Of a DNA stretch of 64,000 nucleotides, positions 14,553-27,694 are shown piece by piece. Position 1 is the stretch's first letter. Each line of letters opens with the position of its first letter. The stretch is from Octopus sinensis (Eukaryota). The DNA lies in NCBI RefSeq assembly GCF_006345805.1, contig NC_043000.1:147994001-148058000 (forward strand), in the 5' to 3' direction. The position numbers were made by a program, and so were the translations under genes. The notes beneath the pieces are model-generated. The model was not told the DNA's origin and searched no databases. It saw only the letters and a list, made by a program, of their open reading frames with translations.

Positions 14553-14978
14553 TGGAACTGTAGTCAATCATAATAAATGCTTTGCATATTGAAGGAAAAA
14601 ATTATGAAATGCAAACTGCCAGTAAAATTTCTTAGCAGTGGACATGACACTCTCAAAAGCTCTGAGTGTCTTTTGTTGTTATATTATCTGATTAATAATT
14701 CAGTTCATAAGAATGCATACAACTTTGTAATGGTAAAATTTATTGAGTAGATAGCTACTGTAGTGTGAAAATCAAATATTTCAAAAAAAGTGACAGAAAA
14801 GAGGCAAAATCACAAAACAAACTATTTCTGTTTAAAAGATATTCTTGTCATCTTTATTTTGTTTGGAATCAGAAGTTTGAAGCCAGAGTGCAGACAGCTA
14901 TACAAGTTGTTGTTGTTGTTGTTGCTGTTGTTTTTATCGTAGGTGGTGAACAAGTCAAGTCATTGAACAAAATGCTTT

Positions 14979-15240
14979 GCGAGCTGGCAGAATCGTTAGC
15001 ACGCCGGGCGAAATGCTTAGCGGTATTTCGTCTGCGTTACGTCGTGAGTTCAAATTCCGCCGAGGTCGACTTTGCCTTTCATCCTTTCGGGGTCGATAAA
15101 TTAAGTACCAGTTACGCACTGGGGTCGATAAATTAAGTACCAGTTACGCACTGGGGTCGATGTAATCGACTTAATACCTATGTCTGTCCTTGTTTGTCCC
15201 CTCTGTGTTTAGCCCCTTGTGAGTAATAAAGAAATAGGTA
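14979..15240 (+). mobile_element. tRNA-derived SINE family B (about 240 bp) with an internal 32-bp tandem duplication
   Basis: GAGCTGGCAGAA head, GAGTTCAAATTCC B-box, core GCCTTTCATCCTTTCGGGGTCGATAAA, end AAAGAAATAGG; AAATTAAGTACCAGTTACGCACTGGGGTCGAT occurs twice. Confidence 0.9.
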
Positions 15241-15276
15241 TTTATTCTAGTAGCGAGCTGGCAGAATCATAAGTAT

Positions 15277-15690
15277 CATCATCATCATCATCATCATTGT
15301 TTAATGTCCGCTTTCCATGCTAGCATGGGTTGGATGATTTGACTGAGGAGTAGCAAACCAGATGGCTGCACCAGGCTTCAATCTTGATCTGGCAGAGTTT
15401 CTACAGCTGGATGCCCTTCCTAACACCAACCACTCCGAGAGTGTAATGGGTGCTTTTATGTGCCACTGGCACGGGGGCTAGTCAGGCGGTACTGGCAATG
15501 ACCTCACTCGAATCTTTTTACACGTGCCACCGGCACAGGTGCCAGTAAGGTGATGCTGGTAATGATCACACTCGAATGGTGCCTTTTACGTGCCACCGGC
15601 ATGGAGGCCAGATAACCGCTCTGGCAACGATCACACTTGGATGGTGCTCTTAGTACCCTACTAGCACGGGGCTCAAGTGCCCGTAAGGCA
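15277..15690 (-). mobile_element. SINE family D (VNTR-containing, (GAT)n tail)
   Basis: (CAT)n at the left end, 3' tail shared with copies at 41.1 and 62.7 kb, about 4 GTGCCACCGGCAC-type units. Confidence 0.8.
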
Positions 15691-16980
15691 ACGCTGGTTG
15701 GGAAAAACACTTTATCTATCTTTATGTTCTGAGTTCAAATTCCGTCAATGTCCACTCTGCCTTTCATCCTTTCAGGGTCAATAAAATAAGTACCAGTTGA
15801 GCACTTGGGTCAATGTAGTTAACTAGCCATCACCACTGAATTTGCTGGCCTTATGCCAAAATTTGAAACCAATATTTTTCCACCTCCTTGTACTTTGAGA
15901 TCAAATCCTGTCAAGGTAACTTTGTGTTTAATCCTTTCTCAGGGTCAATAATTTGACAATTCCACCAATCTGCTGCTATGAACTAGTGGAATTGTTATAA
16001 TATGAGACAAGATGCCTTACGGGATTTCTTCTGGATATTTGTGTTCTCAGTTCAAATTCTGCCTGCGGGGAGATTTAATCAATTGCCCTTTTTAACACTA
16101 TCATCTGCTCCTTAGTGGAGTCTACTCAGTCTATACATTCAAGTCAGATCTCCAGTTTGAGGATACTTCCCCACCACCCCACCCCCAGTCTCAGAAGCCC
16201 CAAAAAGCTCCCTGGTACTCTCATGCCATCTTGACTAAGTTATGAGAAAAAACTTGAATTCATCAAGCAAATCTATGTTCAAAGGTATTCCAGCTGTGAC
16301 CATCCCATTTTTTTTTCTTTTACTCTCATGAATAATGTATATTATCCAACATAAATATTTTTAAGTTGATAGAAATGGCTTGAGGGATATTTGGTTGCTA
16401 TATCTTGCATGTCAAGTGGCTACACAGAGGCTCCCTTGCTTGTTTCTTGTTATAAGCTATTTAAAGCTCTTTCTCTTTCTTTCTTTCTCTCTCTCTCTTT
16501 CTCTACTTTTCTATTCTGGGTTAATAAAGCTACCAATGGTTTCATGAAGTCATCTCTTGACAATTATCAAGCCTGCCACAATGGGAATGCTGGTACTTGT
16601 CTCCATCTTGTTGAGAGAAACTATTGGTAGAATGTGGGGTTGAGCATTCATTCTCACTGTTCAATATTAGAGTATATATATATATATACTCATATACATG
16701 ATAGGGGTCCGTATGAGTTCATATCACATAAATATCAGTTTTATCTTTCATCTTTCCATGGTGTTAATAAAAAAGATAACATTCAATTAATCTAATCAAT
16801 TATACTATTCTACCCCCACACCCATACACTTTTTTTTTTACACATTGTGCTTTCATTCTTCTTTATCTTTATTACTTCTCGTTAACTTTTGGCAGGTCTC
16901 CATGTAGGCATTCATTTGCCATATGTTGCTGCCATTCCCCATTTAGGGTCATTCATAGCATTCTTGTGTGGCATCTATTT

Positions 16981-17210
16981 AGTTGGCAGAAACGTTAGCG
17001 TGCCAGGCGAAATGTTTAGTGGTATTTCATCTGTCGTTACGTTCTGAGTTCAAATTCTGCCGAGGTTGACTTTGCCTTTCATCCTTTCGGGGTTGATTAA
17101 ATTAAGTACCAGTTACGCACTGGGGTCGATGTAATCGACTTAATACCTATGTCTGTCCTTGTTTGTCCCCTCTATGTTTAGCCCCTTGTAGGTAGTAAAG
17201 AAATAGGTAA
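16981..17210 (+). mobile_element. SINE family B copy
   Basis: Same head, core and AAAGAAATAGG end as the 14979 copy. Confidence 0.9.
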
Positions 17211-17212
17211 TA

Positions 17213-17500
17213 TCTTTGCCAGTGTCCATGTTTCACTACCATATAATAAGTACTGATTTGACAGTTGTCATGAACAGTTTGATTTTGATCTGCCAGGACA
17301 ATTTGGAGTTCCAGACCTTTTTTACTTTGCAACAGGTTATCCATGCTTGTGCCTTCCTGATCTTGATGCCTGCTTCTGAACTGTTCACCCAACCACCGAA
17401 GTACTTGAAGCCTTCAGTAACATTCAATTTGGAACCACTCAAAGCAAACAGTTCAGCATCACTTGCTTGGTTAAAAGACATGCATTCTGTTTTCTTGACA
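17213..17500 (-). mobile_element. RTE/RTE-X-like LINE reverse transcriptase C-terminal fragment (degraded)
   Basis: Translation FKYFGGWVNSSEAGIKIRKAQAWITCCKVKKVWNSKLSWQIKIKLFMTTVKSVL resembles the post-RT motif YLG...IxxRxAxAW...W.S..LS..xKxKLFxxxVxSVL. Confidence 0.75.
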
Positions 17501-17599
17501 TTTGTCCAATTTTAGCAGTATTTTTATTATTATTATTAACAAAACCATGATTCAAAAACAAAGGAATGAATGACGATAAGACCAGGTAAAGGACACTCT

Positions 17600-17880
17600 A
17601 TAGTCTTGTCAGAGTCCCCTTCTCTAGCAATGGTAGTATGATAAAATGTTTCCAATCGAAGGAGAGGGGCTTTCTCCGTCTGGGTTGCGGATCCGTGGAA
17701 TAAGCTGCCAGACGAGATAGTGAAGATGCCGACGACCGCTCGGTTCAAAGTCTCCCTTGACCACAAGTGGCCTGAACTCTTTACATGAACACCACCCTGT
17801 ACATAACTCCATGTCCCCCTACATGGCCTTGCTTTTTGCTGTTTGAGCAAAAAAATTAACTAACTAATTAACTAACTAAG
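17600..17880 (+). mobile_element. CR1/L2-type LINE 3' end, 5'-truncated, with (TAAC)n tail
   Basis: RRGAFSVWVADPWNKLPDEIVKMPTTARFKVSLDHKWPELFT* matches the CR1 ORF2 C-terminal pattern FS.RV...WN.LP..VV.....FK..LD. Confidence 0.85.
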
Positions 17881-18049
17881 ACCTACAGTGCCATGATAGA
17901 AGGGCAAAACACACTAAGAAACAAATAGGATGGAGAGTAAGAGAGACAAAGAGAAAGACACATACAGGAGAGAGAGAGAGAGAGAAAGAGAGCGATACAG
18001 AAGAGAAACAAACAGACAGACAGATAATGAGAGAAGAAACAGAATGAGA

Positions 18050-18135
18050 CTTGAACACCACCCTGTACATAACTCCATGTCCCCCTACATGGCCTTGCTT
18101 TTTGCTTTTTGAGCCAAAAAATTAACTAACTAACA
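18050..18135 (+). mobile_element. Second copy of the same CR1 3' UTR and tail
   Basis: TGAACACCACCCTGTACATAACTCCATGTCCCCCTACATGGCCTTGCTTTTTGC...TAACTAAC repeats 17785-17880 almost exactly. Confidence 0.85.
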
Positions 18136-18421
18136 TATAACTGTAAAACTATGCTGGGTAGAGGTAGAGGAAGCTCTTTAGTTTTGTTGGGATAAAATTC
18201 CTAGTGACAGTGGAATGATTGGGTGCACCCAGTCCATGGTCTAAGGTTGTTAGTAATGGGGTTATCATTTGACCTTAAAAATTATGCAGAAAACTAACAA
18301 GACAAACGTAGAAACATAGACAGTTGTTTTTCTCTGTTGCTGTGTGTGCTAGATAAGAAGGAAGGTAATAAGTGGTGGGACACTGTGTGACCCATCCAAA
18401 TGTTGTCAGCATGGAATTAAA

Positions 18422-18945
<524 letters not shown>

Positions 18946-20297
18946 GAAACTTGCAGCACCATTAGATATAATCCATAATTTTACTCCTTATCATTAGTGA
19001 CCACTTCCAACAGGTTATTTGCTGTTTAACCCCAGGTTATCTTTAATCAGGCAAATCTATGATCAAAGGTATCCAAGCCATGATCATCCTAACTTTTTGG
19101 GGGATATGGCTAAGACTATCTCATTCAATATGTCCTTTTTTTTATTTTAGACAGAAGAGTATGATTTGATGGTGATTTTTGTTGCTATTTCTAGGAGGTT
19201 GAGCAACCATTTAGAAGATCTTTTATAATAACATCAACAATAACTTTGAGGATGGTATGAATGTCATCATTTCATATTTCTTTCATCATTCCTTCCCTTT
19301 TCCAACTATATATCTCCCCTACAGCAGGACAACTGTACCTGTCTATTATTGTTATTATACTTCAATGTCTTACCATAAAGCCACCTCCCTCAATACTACA
19401 CACTCTCAGTTGAGGTAGGGTCTTGTCTTGTGAGTTACATAGTGACCTCACTGTGGTGTGTGCACGATTTGAATATAAAGGCACCTACCTTTTCTTCCTC
19501 GTGATGGAGACCCTTCTGTGGTAGCTAATCCTTCGACACAGCCCCGACCCAAACACTAAAGATAGCAGCTGCTCACCCAAACCCTTAGCGACCGTTCTCA
19601 CACGTCTTGTCACCTGGACGACCCATGTTGGAAAGGCCCAATTGACTGCTGCCTGTGCACGCCTGACAGCTGCCCCTTCCGGTTGCCCCAGTTTCCGGTC
19701 AACGCACCCAGCTGCTGACATCCAGCTGCTGGTGCCATGTGAAAAGCACCCAATATACTCTATGAAGAGGTTGGCATTAGGAAGGGCATCAAGCCATAGA
19801 AACCAAACAAAAGCAGACACTGGAGCTTGGCATACTCCTCTCACTTGCATACTCCTCTCACTTGCATACTCCTCTCACTTGTTAAATCAACAAACCCAGG
19901 CAAGCATGGAAAACAGACATTAAATTATGATGATGATGATGTTTATTCGGATCACTAGTTTCAAATCTATATTATAATTAATTAATTTACAGTCTATAAA
20001 CTTGCAGTATTCTGTATTAAAAAAAGATATTAGACTGTTTCATTTTAGCAATTTATGTGCATGATGTACTTTAAGATCTCATTGCTATTCTCATCATAGA
20101 AAAATGACACTGTATACAAAAAAAATGCATAGATATTTCTCCTAAGATAAAAATTACTGAATTAAAAGGAATTCTATTGAAAGAAGCAGTCATGACTGTT
20201 CTTTAAACCTGACAAAGAATAAGTCTGATGTGACAATATGTGAAGAGAGTTTTGTGTTAGTGAATGTATTACATATTTAATAAATGAAAATATAATG

Positions 20298-20389
20298 GTT
20301 CACACACACACACACACATATATATATGTGTGTGTGTGTGTCTCTCTCTCTATATATATATGTGTGTGTGTATATATATATATACATAC

Positions 20390-20461
<72 letters not shown>

Positions 20462-20492
20462 TACTTATATATGTATACATACACACACACAC

Positions 20493-20570
<78 letters not shown>
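20298..20570. repeat. Compound microsatellite (CA)(TA)(TG)(TC)(TACA)(GATA)n
   Basis: Read directly from the sequence. Confidence 0.95.
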
Positions 20571-20737
20571 CCATTGTATGGAACAGGAACAGTATTAGAT
20601 TAAAATAGCCAATTTATGTATCATACTTAATGTAATACATTGTGATAGGCAAAATTTTCTGCAGTATTCATCCTGAGATATCTTCTATGAATGTATTGTG
20701 TTTAAAAACACAATAAATATATATTCTTTTCTACTCT

Positions 20738-21225
20738 AGGCACAAGGGGGAGGAGGCCAGTCGATTAGATCAACCCCAGTGCGCAACTGGTACTTAATTT
20801 ATCGACCCCGAAAGGATGAAAGGCAAAGTTGACCTCAGCGGAATTTGAACTTAGAACATAGACAGATGAAATAACGCTAAGCATTTTGCCCGGTGTGCTA
20901 ATGCTCTTGTCAGCTCTCCACCTTACAATAAGTATATACTGGATGGAAATGGAACTTGTCCCAGCTGTGGTGTGTGAGAACACTGGATGCATTTCTTATC
21001 TCTTTGCTGCCCACCAGGAGCTACACACAGAGGGGACAAACAAGGACAGACAAACGGATTAAGTCGATTATACCGACACCCAGTACGCAACTGGTACTTA
21101 ATTCATCGACCCCGAAAGGATGAAAGGCAAAGTCGACCTCGGCGGAATCTGAACTCAGAAAGTAAAGACAGATGAAATACCGCTAAACATTTTGTCTGGC
21201 GTGCTAACATTTCTGCCAAGCTCAC
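20738..21225 (-). mobile_element. Two SINE family B copies in tandem; the second is flanked by an imperfect 16-bp target-site duplication
   Basis: Reverse-complement family B core twice; CACTGGATGCATTTCT (about 20981) and CACTAGATGCATTTCT (about 21226) flank the second copy. Confidence 0.85.
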
Positions 21226-21534
21226 CACTAGATGCATTTCTGCCTTGTTAGGCATTGTCAATAGTATATACTCACAACCAGCATGCTTAGATGAAACTCA
21301 TTACCACTGATATATATATTGCCTGGCTGAATAAAAATCCATTATATGCAACAGAGGTGGTATTAGATTAACATAGCCATTTACGTATTGTACTTAATAT
21401 AAAAACGTTACTGCAATAATTTGTTTGGAGATAATATCTCCTATAGATGTGTTGTATTTAAAAGCATAATGTATCTACATATGTATATATGTAATTAATG
21501 GTGTATGCATGTGTTTCTGTGTGTGTGTGTGTGT

Positions 21535-21795
21535 GAAAGTTAGGAGAGTCCAGTTTGCTGGACACTGTTGTAGAGCTGAAAACGAGGCAATTTCTACTCT
21601 TCTCTTCTGGAAGCCATCTGCTCGCGATGCCAGAGGGCGCACACTCTCCTACTCTGATGTAATCTCCAGGGATACAGGCATCCAGCAACAGGACCTCCGT
21701 AATGCCATGATGGACCGTGAAGTCTTGCGTAGCATAGTAAATTCCATTGTCTCGACCACGGTCAAACAATGATGATGATGATGATGATGATGATG
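21535..21795 (+). mobile_element. RTE/RTE-X-like LINE 3' end with (TGA)n tail
   Basis: FAGHCCRAENEAISTLLFWKPSARDARGRTLSYSDVISRDTGIQQQDLRNAMMDREVLRSIV followed by stop and (GAT)n. Confidence 0.85.
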
Positions 21796-22539
21796 ATGTG
21801 TGTGTGTGTGTTGCGTGAGTGTGTGTGAGTGTGTGATTGTCTTGACATCACATGGTAGCTGTAAGCAAGAATCAGTGTTGTACAGAGAGTGTTATTATTC
21901 TTTACCAGTCATTTATGAAAACATGTCTGGCTATGAGGAAACATTACCTTATTTCAAAACAGGTGAGGGCTGGTGATAAGAAGGGCATTAAGCCTTAGAA
22001 ACTCTACTATTATTAATGATAGTAAATAGTGTATCCATTCAAAACAATGAAAAAAATCACTGATTAATTTCTCTTCGAAACTGAATTTTTTTAACAGAAA
22101 AATATGATAATTCATAAATGCGGAACTTTTATAACAAATCTTTTAATATAAACACATACACATATATATATTAATGTGTGTGTATTTGTGTGTACATGCA
22201 TACATACATACATACATACATACATACATACATACATACATAAATATATATATATATATATAGCTGGCAGAATCGTTAGCCCACCGGGCGAAATTCTTAG
22301 CAGTATTTCGTCTGTCGCTACGTTCTGAGTTCAAATTCTGCCGAGATCAACTTTGCCTTCCGTCCAACCCGTGCTAGCACGGAAAACGGACTTTAAACGA
22401 TGATGATGATGATGATACTTATGATGGGCTTCTTTCAGTTTCCACTCACAAGGCTTTGGTCGCACTAGGACTGTATTACACAATGGAATAGAACCTAAAA
22501 TCATATGGCTGGGAAGCACACAGCTTAATCCTCCTGCCA

Positions 22540-23450
22540 TGTCTGTACCTGACCCACTTAAACCATTCCCACATGGACACTGAGCTAAAAAGCAAACATT
22601 TCACCATTATCCATGCAGATTGTACTGGCCAAAATAAGGAGCAGCCGTTTTTCTCCATTGTTCCCTTGTCATGGAAGCAAAGGATTTATTTTCCAATGGT
22701 TATTGTGAACTTGAATCTGTATATTGTAAAGTTAATGATTTAATTATTGTTGATCTCAAAAGATCTCCTCAAGCACTTTTACAATGTTTTGAAGAGCACC
22801 TCAACAAAGTCAAGTCCTTTCTTGAAAAACACAACTCTGGGAACATATTAGTGATTTGTAATTTTAATTTTCTCTAATGTGAACAGGCCTACATAAATTT
22901 CGATATGTTTCGACCAAAGATTGGTCCAGGCCATATCTAACTTAATAGCACCACCTGATAGGATTATTTGAATCCTGTTTAAGTCAAGTTTTGTTTATGG
23001 TTCATTCAAGTAGTGAGTTTTTGTTGGGTGAGTTGTATCCAATTATGGGTGGCTTATCTGGTATTCTTTGAAGGAATCTATCCAGAATCCGTTTAAAGTT
23101 GATGGGATCCTTTTCCTCTTTGATCTCTTTCAGGATAATGTTAAATAGGGCAGGGCCTGTTGAGGAAAAGAAATTATGTTGCAGTGTACATGTATGCTGT
23201 GATCTTGGATTGGGCAGGGGACGTATGGCCCGTGGTCCCAGTCTTGGATGAACCTTGAAGCTAATCGTACATATATCAAAGCAGGTAAATGCATCTCAAC
23301 GCCAGACAAAACAGCTGTATAATTACTATTTAACTTTATGGATGAATTTTTTTCTGTCCCAACTTGTGCTTGAGCCAACAAGACAAAGCAACAATGTCTT
23401 GGACCTGATATTAAAAAACCATTCTAGTTTTATCCACAAATATTTCGGTT
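22540..23450 (+). mobile_element. Degraded apurinic-endonuclease (APE) domain of a CR1/L2-type LINE, split by an opposite-strand insertion at about 22890-23250
   Basis: CELESVYCKV...IIVDLKRSP...NILVICNFNF (VGDFN-like) and FLSQLVLEPTRQSNNVLDLIL (PTR..N.LDL.. motif). Confidence 0.75.
22890..23250 (-). mobile_element. CR1-type LINE ORF2 C-terminus and 3' UTR fragment
   Basis: Minus-strand translation HNFFSSTGPALFNIILKEIKEEKDPINFKRILDRFLQRIPDKPPIIGYNSPNKNSLLE. Confidence 0.75.
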
Positions 23451-23930
23451 GAGAAAATGCATTTTTCTGACCATGAGAATGTGGTACTACTGCAATCTTT
23501 CTTTCCAACATGCCAGAGTCAATTTAGTCCTCTTGTCCTATGGCACCTGTTCAATAACAATAATCTACACAAAGCAGACTCGGGAATCATATAGACAAGA
23601 TCTGTTACTTTCAGCAGTGGTGCTCCAGCATGGCCGCGGCCTTCGGGCTAAAACATTTTTACGGATTTAAGGATTTATCAACTGGTCTTTCATTCACAAG
23701 TCTGAGATCATTGTCATAAATATATGTTCAAAACAGGCTCCAGCAAAACTTATTAACACCAATAGAAGTATGTTCCCAAGAGAGAGAAAAAGAAAGTATT
23801 TATCAGGGAAATCTGAATAAAAAAAATCTATCAAAAATAAAATACTATCACCAGCAACATCCACCATCAACAGCAATATGAAAACTTGAGTTGAGAAAAC
23901 ATCACCTTCAAAACATACATCACCAGCTGA

Positions 23931-24371
23931 AGTGCAGACATCGCTATGTGGTAAGAAGCTTGCTTCCCAACCACATGGTTCTGGGTTCAGTCCCACTGCA
24001 TGGTATCTTGGGCAAGTGTCTTCTGTTATAGCCTCAGGCTGACCAAAGCTTGTGAGTGGATTTGGTAGACAGAAACTGAAAGAAGCCCATTGTATATATA
24101 TACATACACATACACGTATATGTGTGTGTGTATGTGTGTGTGTGTGTTTGTATTTGTGTTTGTCCCACACCACTACTTCGCAACCTGTGTTCGTGTGTCT
24201 CCATCCCTATAACTTAGCAGTTCAGCAAAATAAATCAATAAAGTAAGTACCAGGCTTCTAGAAGGAAAAAAGTAAGTACTGGGATTGATTCATTTGACTA
24301 AAACTTCTTCAAGGCTGTGCCCCAGCATGGCCACAGTCTGATGACTGAAACAAGTAAAAGATAAAAGATAA
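23931..24371 (+). mobile_element. SINE family A, diverged subfamily
   Basis: Same head, internal microsatellite and 3' stem-loop; AAAAGAT tail. Confidence 0.85.
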
Positions 24372-24429
24372 CCAAAGGGTTGCAGGGGTAGGCTGGGTTA
24401 TGAAATAAAATCAAACACAACCCCAACAT

Positions 24430-24637
24430 ACTCTTACTCTTTTACTTGTTTCAGTCATTTGACTGCGGCCATGCTGGAGCACCGCCTTTAGTCAAGCAAC
24501 TCGACCCCGGGACTTATTCTATGTAAGCCCAGTACTTATTCTATCGGTCTCTTTTGCCGAACCGCTAAGTGACGGGGACATAAACACACCAGCATCGGTT
24601 GTCAAGCAATGTTGGGGGGACAAACACAGACACACAA

Positions 24638-24698
<61 letters not shown>

Positions 24699-24863
24699 TA
24701 CGACAGGCTTCTTTCAGTTTCCGTCTACCAAATCCACTCACAAGGCATTGGTCAGCCCAGGGCTATAGCAGAAGACACTTGCCCAAGATGCCACACAGTG
24801 GGACTGAACCCGGAACCATGTGGTTGGTTAGCAAGCTACTTACCACACAGCCACTCCTGCGCC
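24430..24863 (-). mobile_element. SINE family A, full length
   Basis: Reverse complement of the 14124 element. Confidence 0.9.
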
Positions 24864-25954
24864 TATGTTTATATCAAACAGTAATTTTGCTATTTGCTGA
24901 AGAGACATCAATAAAATAAGTACCAAACTGAAATAGGTTTTAGAAATGAGATGATCGGCAAAAGACTTCTAAGGCAGTGCTCCAGCATGGCTGCATTGAC
25001 TGGAAATCCCAGAAAGTTTCTGTCCTGAAGTGGAATGTTTTAGTAGAATGTTTAATATGATATCCGCAAGGTGAGATGCAATAAGTAAAACAAGAAGACA
25101 AGAAGTTGGTGCACTGAATGAGCTTGCAGGAAGGGTGATAGGCAGGTTGGTAGCTTAGAACAGCAGATTCCATTGTAATAGTACAGTGGTGGTGGTGATA
25201 GTAGTAGTAGTAGGAGGAGGAGGGGGAGGGGAGAGGAGGAGGAGGAGGGGAGAGGAGGAGGAGGAGGAGGGGAGGAGGAGGAGAAACAGCACGTCTGTGA
25301 GTTAGTTGCTGGCACATGTCGGTGAGTGTGTCTTTAGTGGGTGGATGGTTTTCTTTTTTTAAGTGGTCTAAGATGTTTGTAGGCGTAGCAGCAATACATT
25401 CTCAGATATACGTGTAGAAGTCCAATGTGGGTACATACGAACTTTCTAGAGAATCAGAAATTGGTCAAAGCCGAAATATTTTCTATTCACGAAACAAAAT
25501 ACCAGTTTTTTGAGATGCAAATTTTGGCAAAGCTGTTATGCATTAACTGCTTTGCATATGATTGTATGCCACCTTCTGAGCAATGGCACTGGAAGGCTGG
25601 CTAAACTAGGTTGCAGGTGGTTGATAACTTTAGATGAAATTCAGTAAGTGCCTGTGACTATACAAACGTAAGAATGACTTCCAGCAGACTTTGTGGAAGA
25701 AACTTACCATCAATGACCAAAGTTCATCAGACGACAGAAAACATCATTGTTGTGAGTACAGTGAAAATATAGGTCTTGACATCCCACTGCAATTCCTGGT
25801 ATGACTCTAATCAGCTCAGCTCAATTTGCCACTGGCCCAGGAAATCAGGGAACAGACAGTGAGACTGGTCATCCAGTACAGCCCCCCCCCCCACCACCAC
25901 TACCATCTCTGTTAATCCAAACCCTTCACAAGTCAAACTCAAAATACTTCAGAT

Positions 25955-25998
<44 letters not shown>

Positions 25999-26250
25999 TA
26001 ATAATAAAACATTGTGTACAATGCTCAGGTGCACTACAACTCATCTAAAGTGTATATATAATCAGGTGTAGTTTTGGCGGATTTCGGAAAGCATGAGGGC
26101 CTTAAAGGATGCAGTGTCATGGCAGTCAACAACTGACGCAGGCAGTTTGTTCCATGCTTCAGACACCGGACCTTTCTTCATGGCAAACGAGCTATTAGCA
26201 TCTCTGCAACAATAAAATACTGCCACTTTCATAGACCCTTTCTCATGGAA
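25955..26250 (-). mobile_element. CR1-type LINE 3' end with (ATT)n tail
   Basis: VSEAWNKLPASVVDCHDTASFKALMLSEIRQNYT; 3' UTR similar to 32755-32900 and 36520-36640. Confidence 0.8.
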
Positions 26251-26435
26251 GTGCACAATATAATAGTTATGTAGGTGTGGCTGTGTGGTTTAGAAGCTTG
26301 CTTACCAACCTTGTGATCATGAGTTCAGTCTCAATGTGAGGCACGTTGAACAAATTTATTTTACTATAGCTTTGGGCCAACCAAAGCCTTGTGGTAGACA
26401 GAAAGCAAAAGAAGTGTGTGTGGTTGTGTATACCC

Positions 26436-26667
26436 ATTTCTTTATTACCCACAAGGGGCTAAACATAGAAGGGACAAACAAGGACAGACATAGGTATTAA
26501 GTCGATTACATCGACCCCAGTGCGTAACTGGTACTTAATTTATCGACCCCGGAAGGATGAAAGGTAAAGTCGACCTCGGCGGAATTTGAACTCACAACGT
26601 AACGGTAGAGGAAATACTGCTAAGCATTTCGCCCGGCGTGCTAACGTTTCTGCCAGCTCGCCGCCTT
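26436..26667 (-). mobile_element. SINE family B copy
   Basis: Reverse-complement family B sequence. Confidence 0.9.
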
Positions 26668-27207
26668 TTCTGCCTGCTTGCCACTTTGTGTATACCTTTG
26701 CCTTAACATCATGTGAGGGTTATAAATGAGTATCATCATCATATGAGTGATAATGTTCATTTCCAGTTTTCCATGAAAACGTCTGGTCTTGAGGAAATGT
26801 TACCTTACTAAGAAACAGGTAAGTGTAATTGTCAGGAAGGGCATCTGGCTCCTCTAGAAAACCTGCCTCAACAAATTCTGTCTCACCTCTGCATACATGG
26901 AAAAGTGAACATTCAATGATGCTGATGATAATAAATGAATCTCTGGTTGCATCTGTGTCCTCCATTGTGGATATTCTTAAAAGAAATGCTGTTGGTCTCT
27001 AAGAGGTAGGGGTCTTGGTCATTTCTGAAAATGAAGAGCAAACAAGACCGTATTTGAGGTTGCCAAACAAAATAATCAGAATCATGTGACCTGACATTAG
27101 TGTAACATTGAGATGTTTAGTTGTGCATCCTTTATATATATATATATATATGTATGTATTAAACGATGATGATGATGATGATGATGATATATATGTATAT
27201 ATATATA

Positions 27208-27605
27208 CTCTTACAAACGCTACACCTTTAAAAAGAAATGGACTTGTTTGCGTGAATATATGTACACATGCTTTTATGTGTATATTTAGATTTATATTCA
27301 TACGTCTGTATATGTATGTATGGCGTTTACGCGCATCCTTTTGTGTATGTTGATATATATATGTAGATTTTAATATAAATATGTATTGCAGTATTTATAA
27401 CAGGTTTAATTTCTATGCATTAATTTGCACTGTCTTCATTAACGTCAATAGGTTTTTTCCTCGGATTTTATAATTTTTATAAGTTTTTTATATATATATA
27501 CATATATTTTTGACCTTTTTGTTTATCGCTCGAAGATTGACCGTTTTTTCTAAAGGGCCAATCAAACAAGTCCATTTCTTTTTAAAGGTGTAGCGTTTGT
27601 AAGAG
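27208..27605. mobile_element. MITE, 398 bp, with perfect 43-bp terminal inverted repeats and flanking TA
   Basis: 27208-27250 CTCTTACAAACGCTACACCTTTAAAAAGAAATGGACTTGTTTG is the exact reverse complement of 27563-27605; TA at 27206-27207 and 27606-27607. Confidence 0.9.
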
Positions 27606-27632
27606 TATAGATTGAATTGATATATCAGTTCC

Positions 27633-27694
27633 ATTCTAGCAAAAACTGTCTGATGAATGGCAACGAGAAACTCAGAGTAACAGATTTTGTTGAA
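27633..27694 (+). ncRNA. Putative minimal type I hammerhead ribozyme, probably a Penelope-like retroelement terminal-repeat remnant; helix II defective
   Basis: CTGATGA 27650-27656, GAAA 27667-27670, helix III A-C-T/A-G-T, GTA cleavage triplet 27677-27679, helix I CAAAA(A)CTGT paired with ACAG(A)TTTTG, AATAAA at 27710-27715. Confidence 0.65.

Noticed and set aside
24338-24351. CTGATGA-CT-GAAAC hammerhead-like core
   Set aside because: No room for helix II, no helix I or III; it is a variant of the SINE 3' stem-loop CAGTC-AAAT-GACTG.
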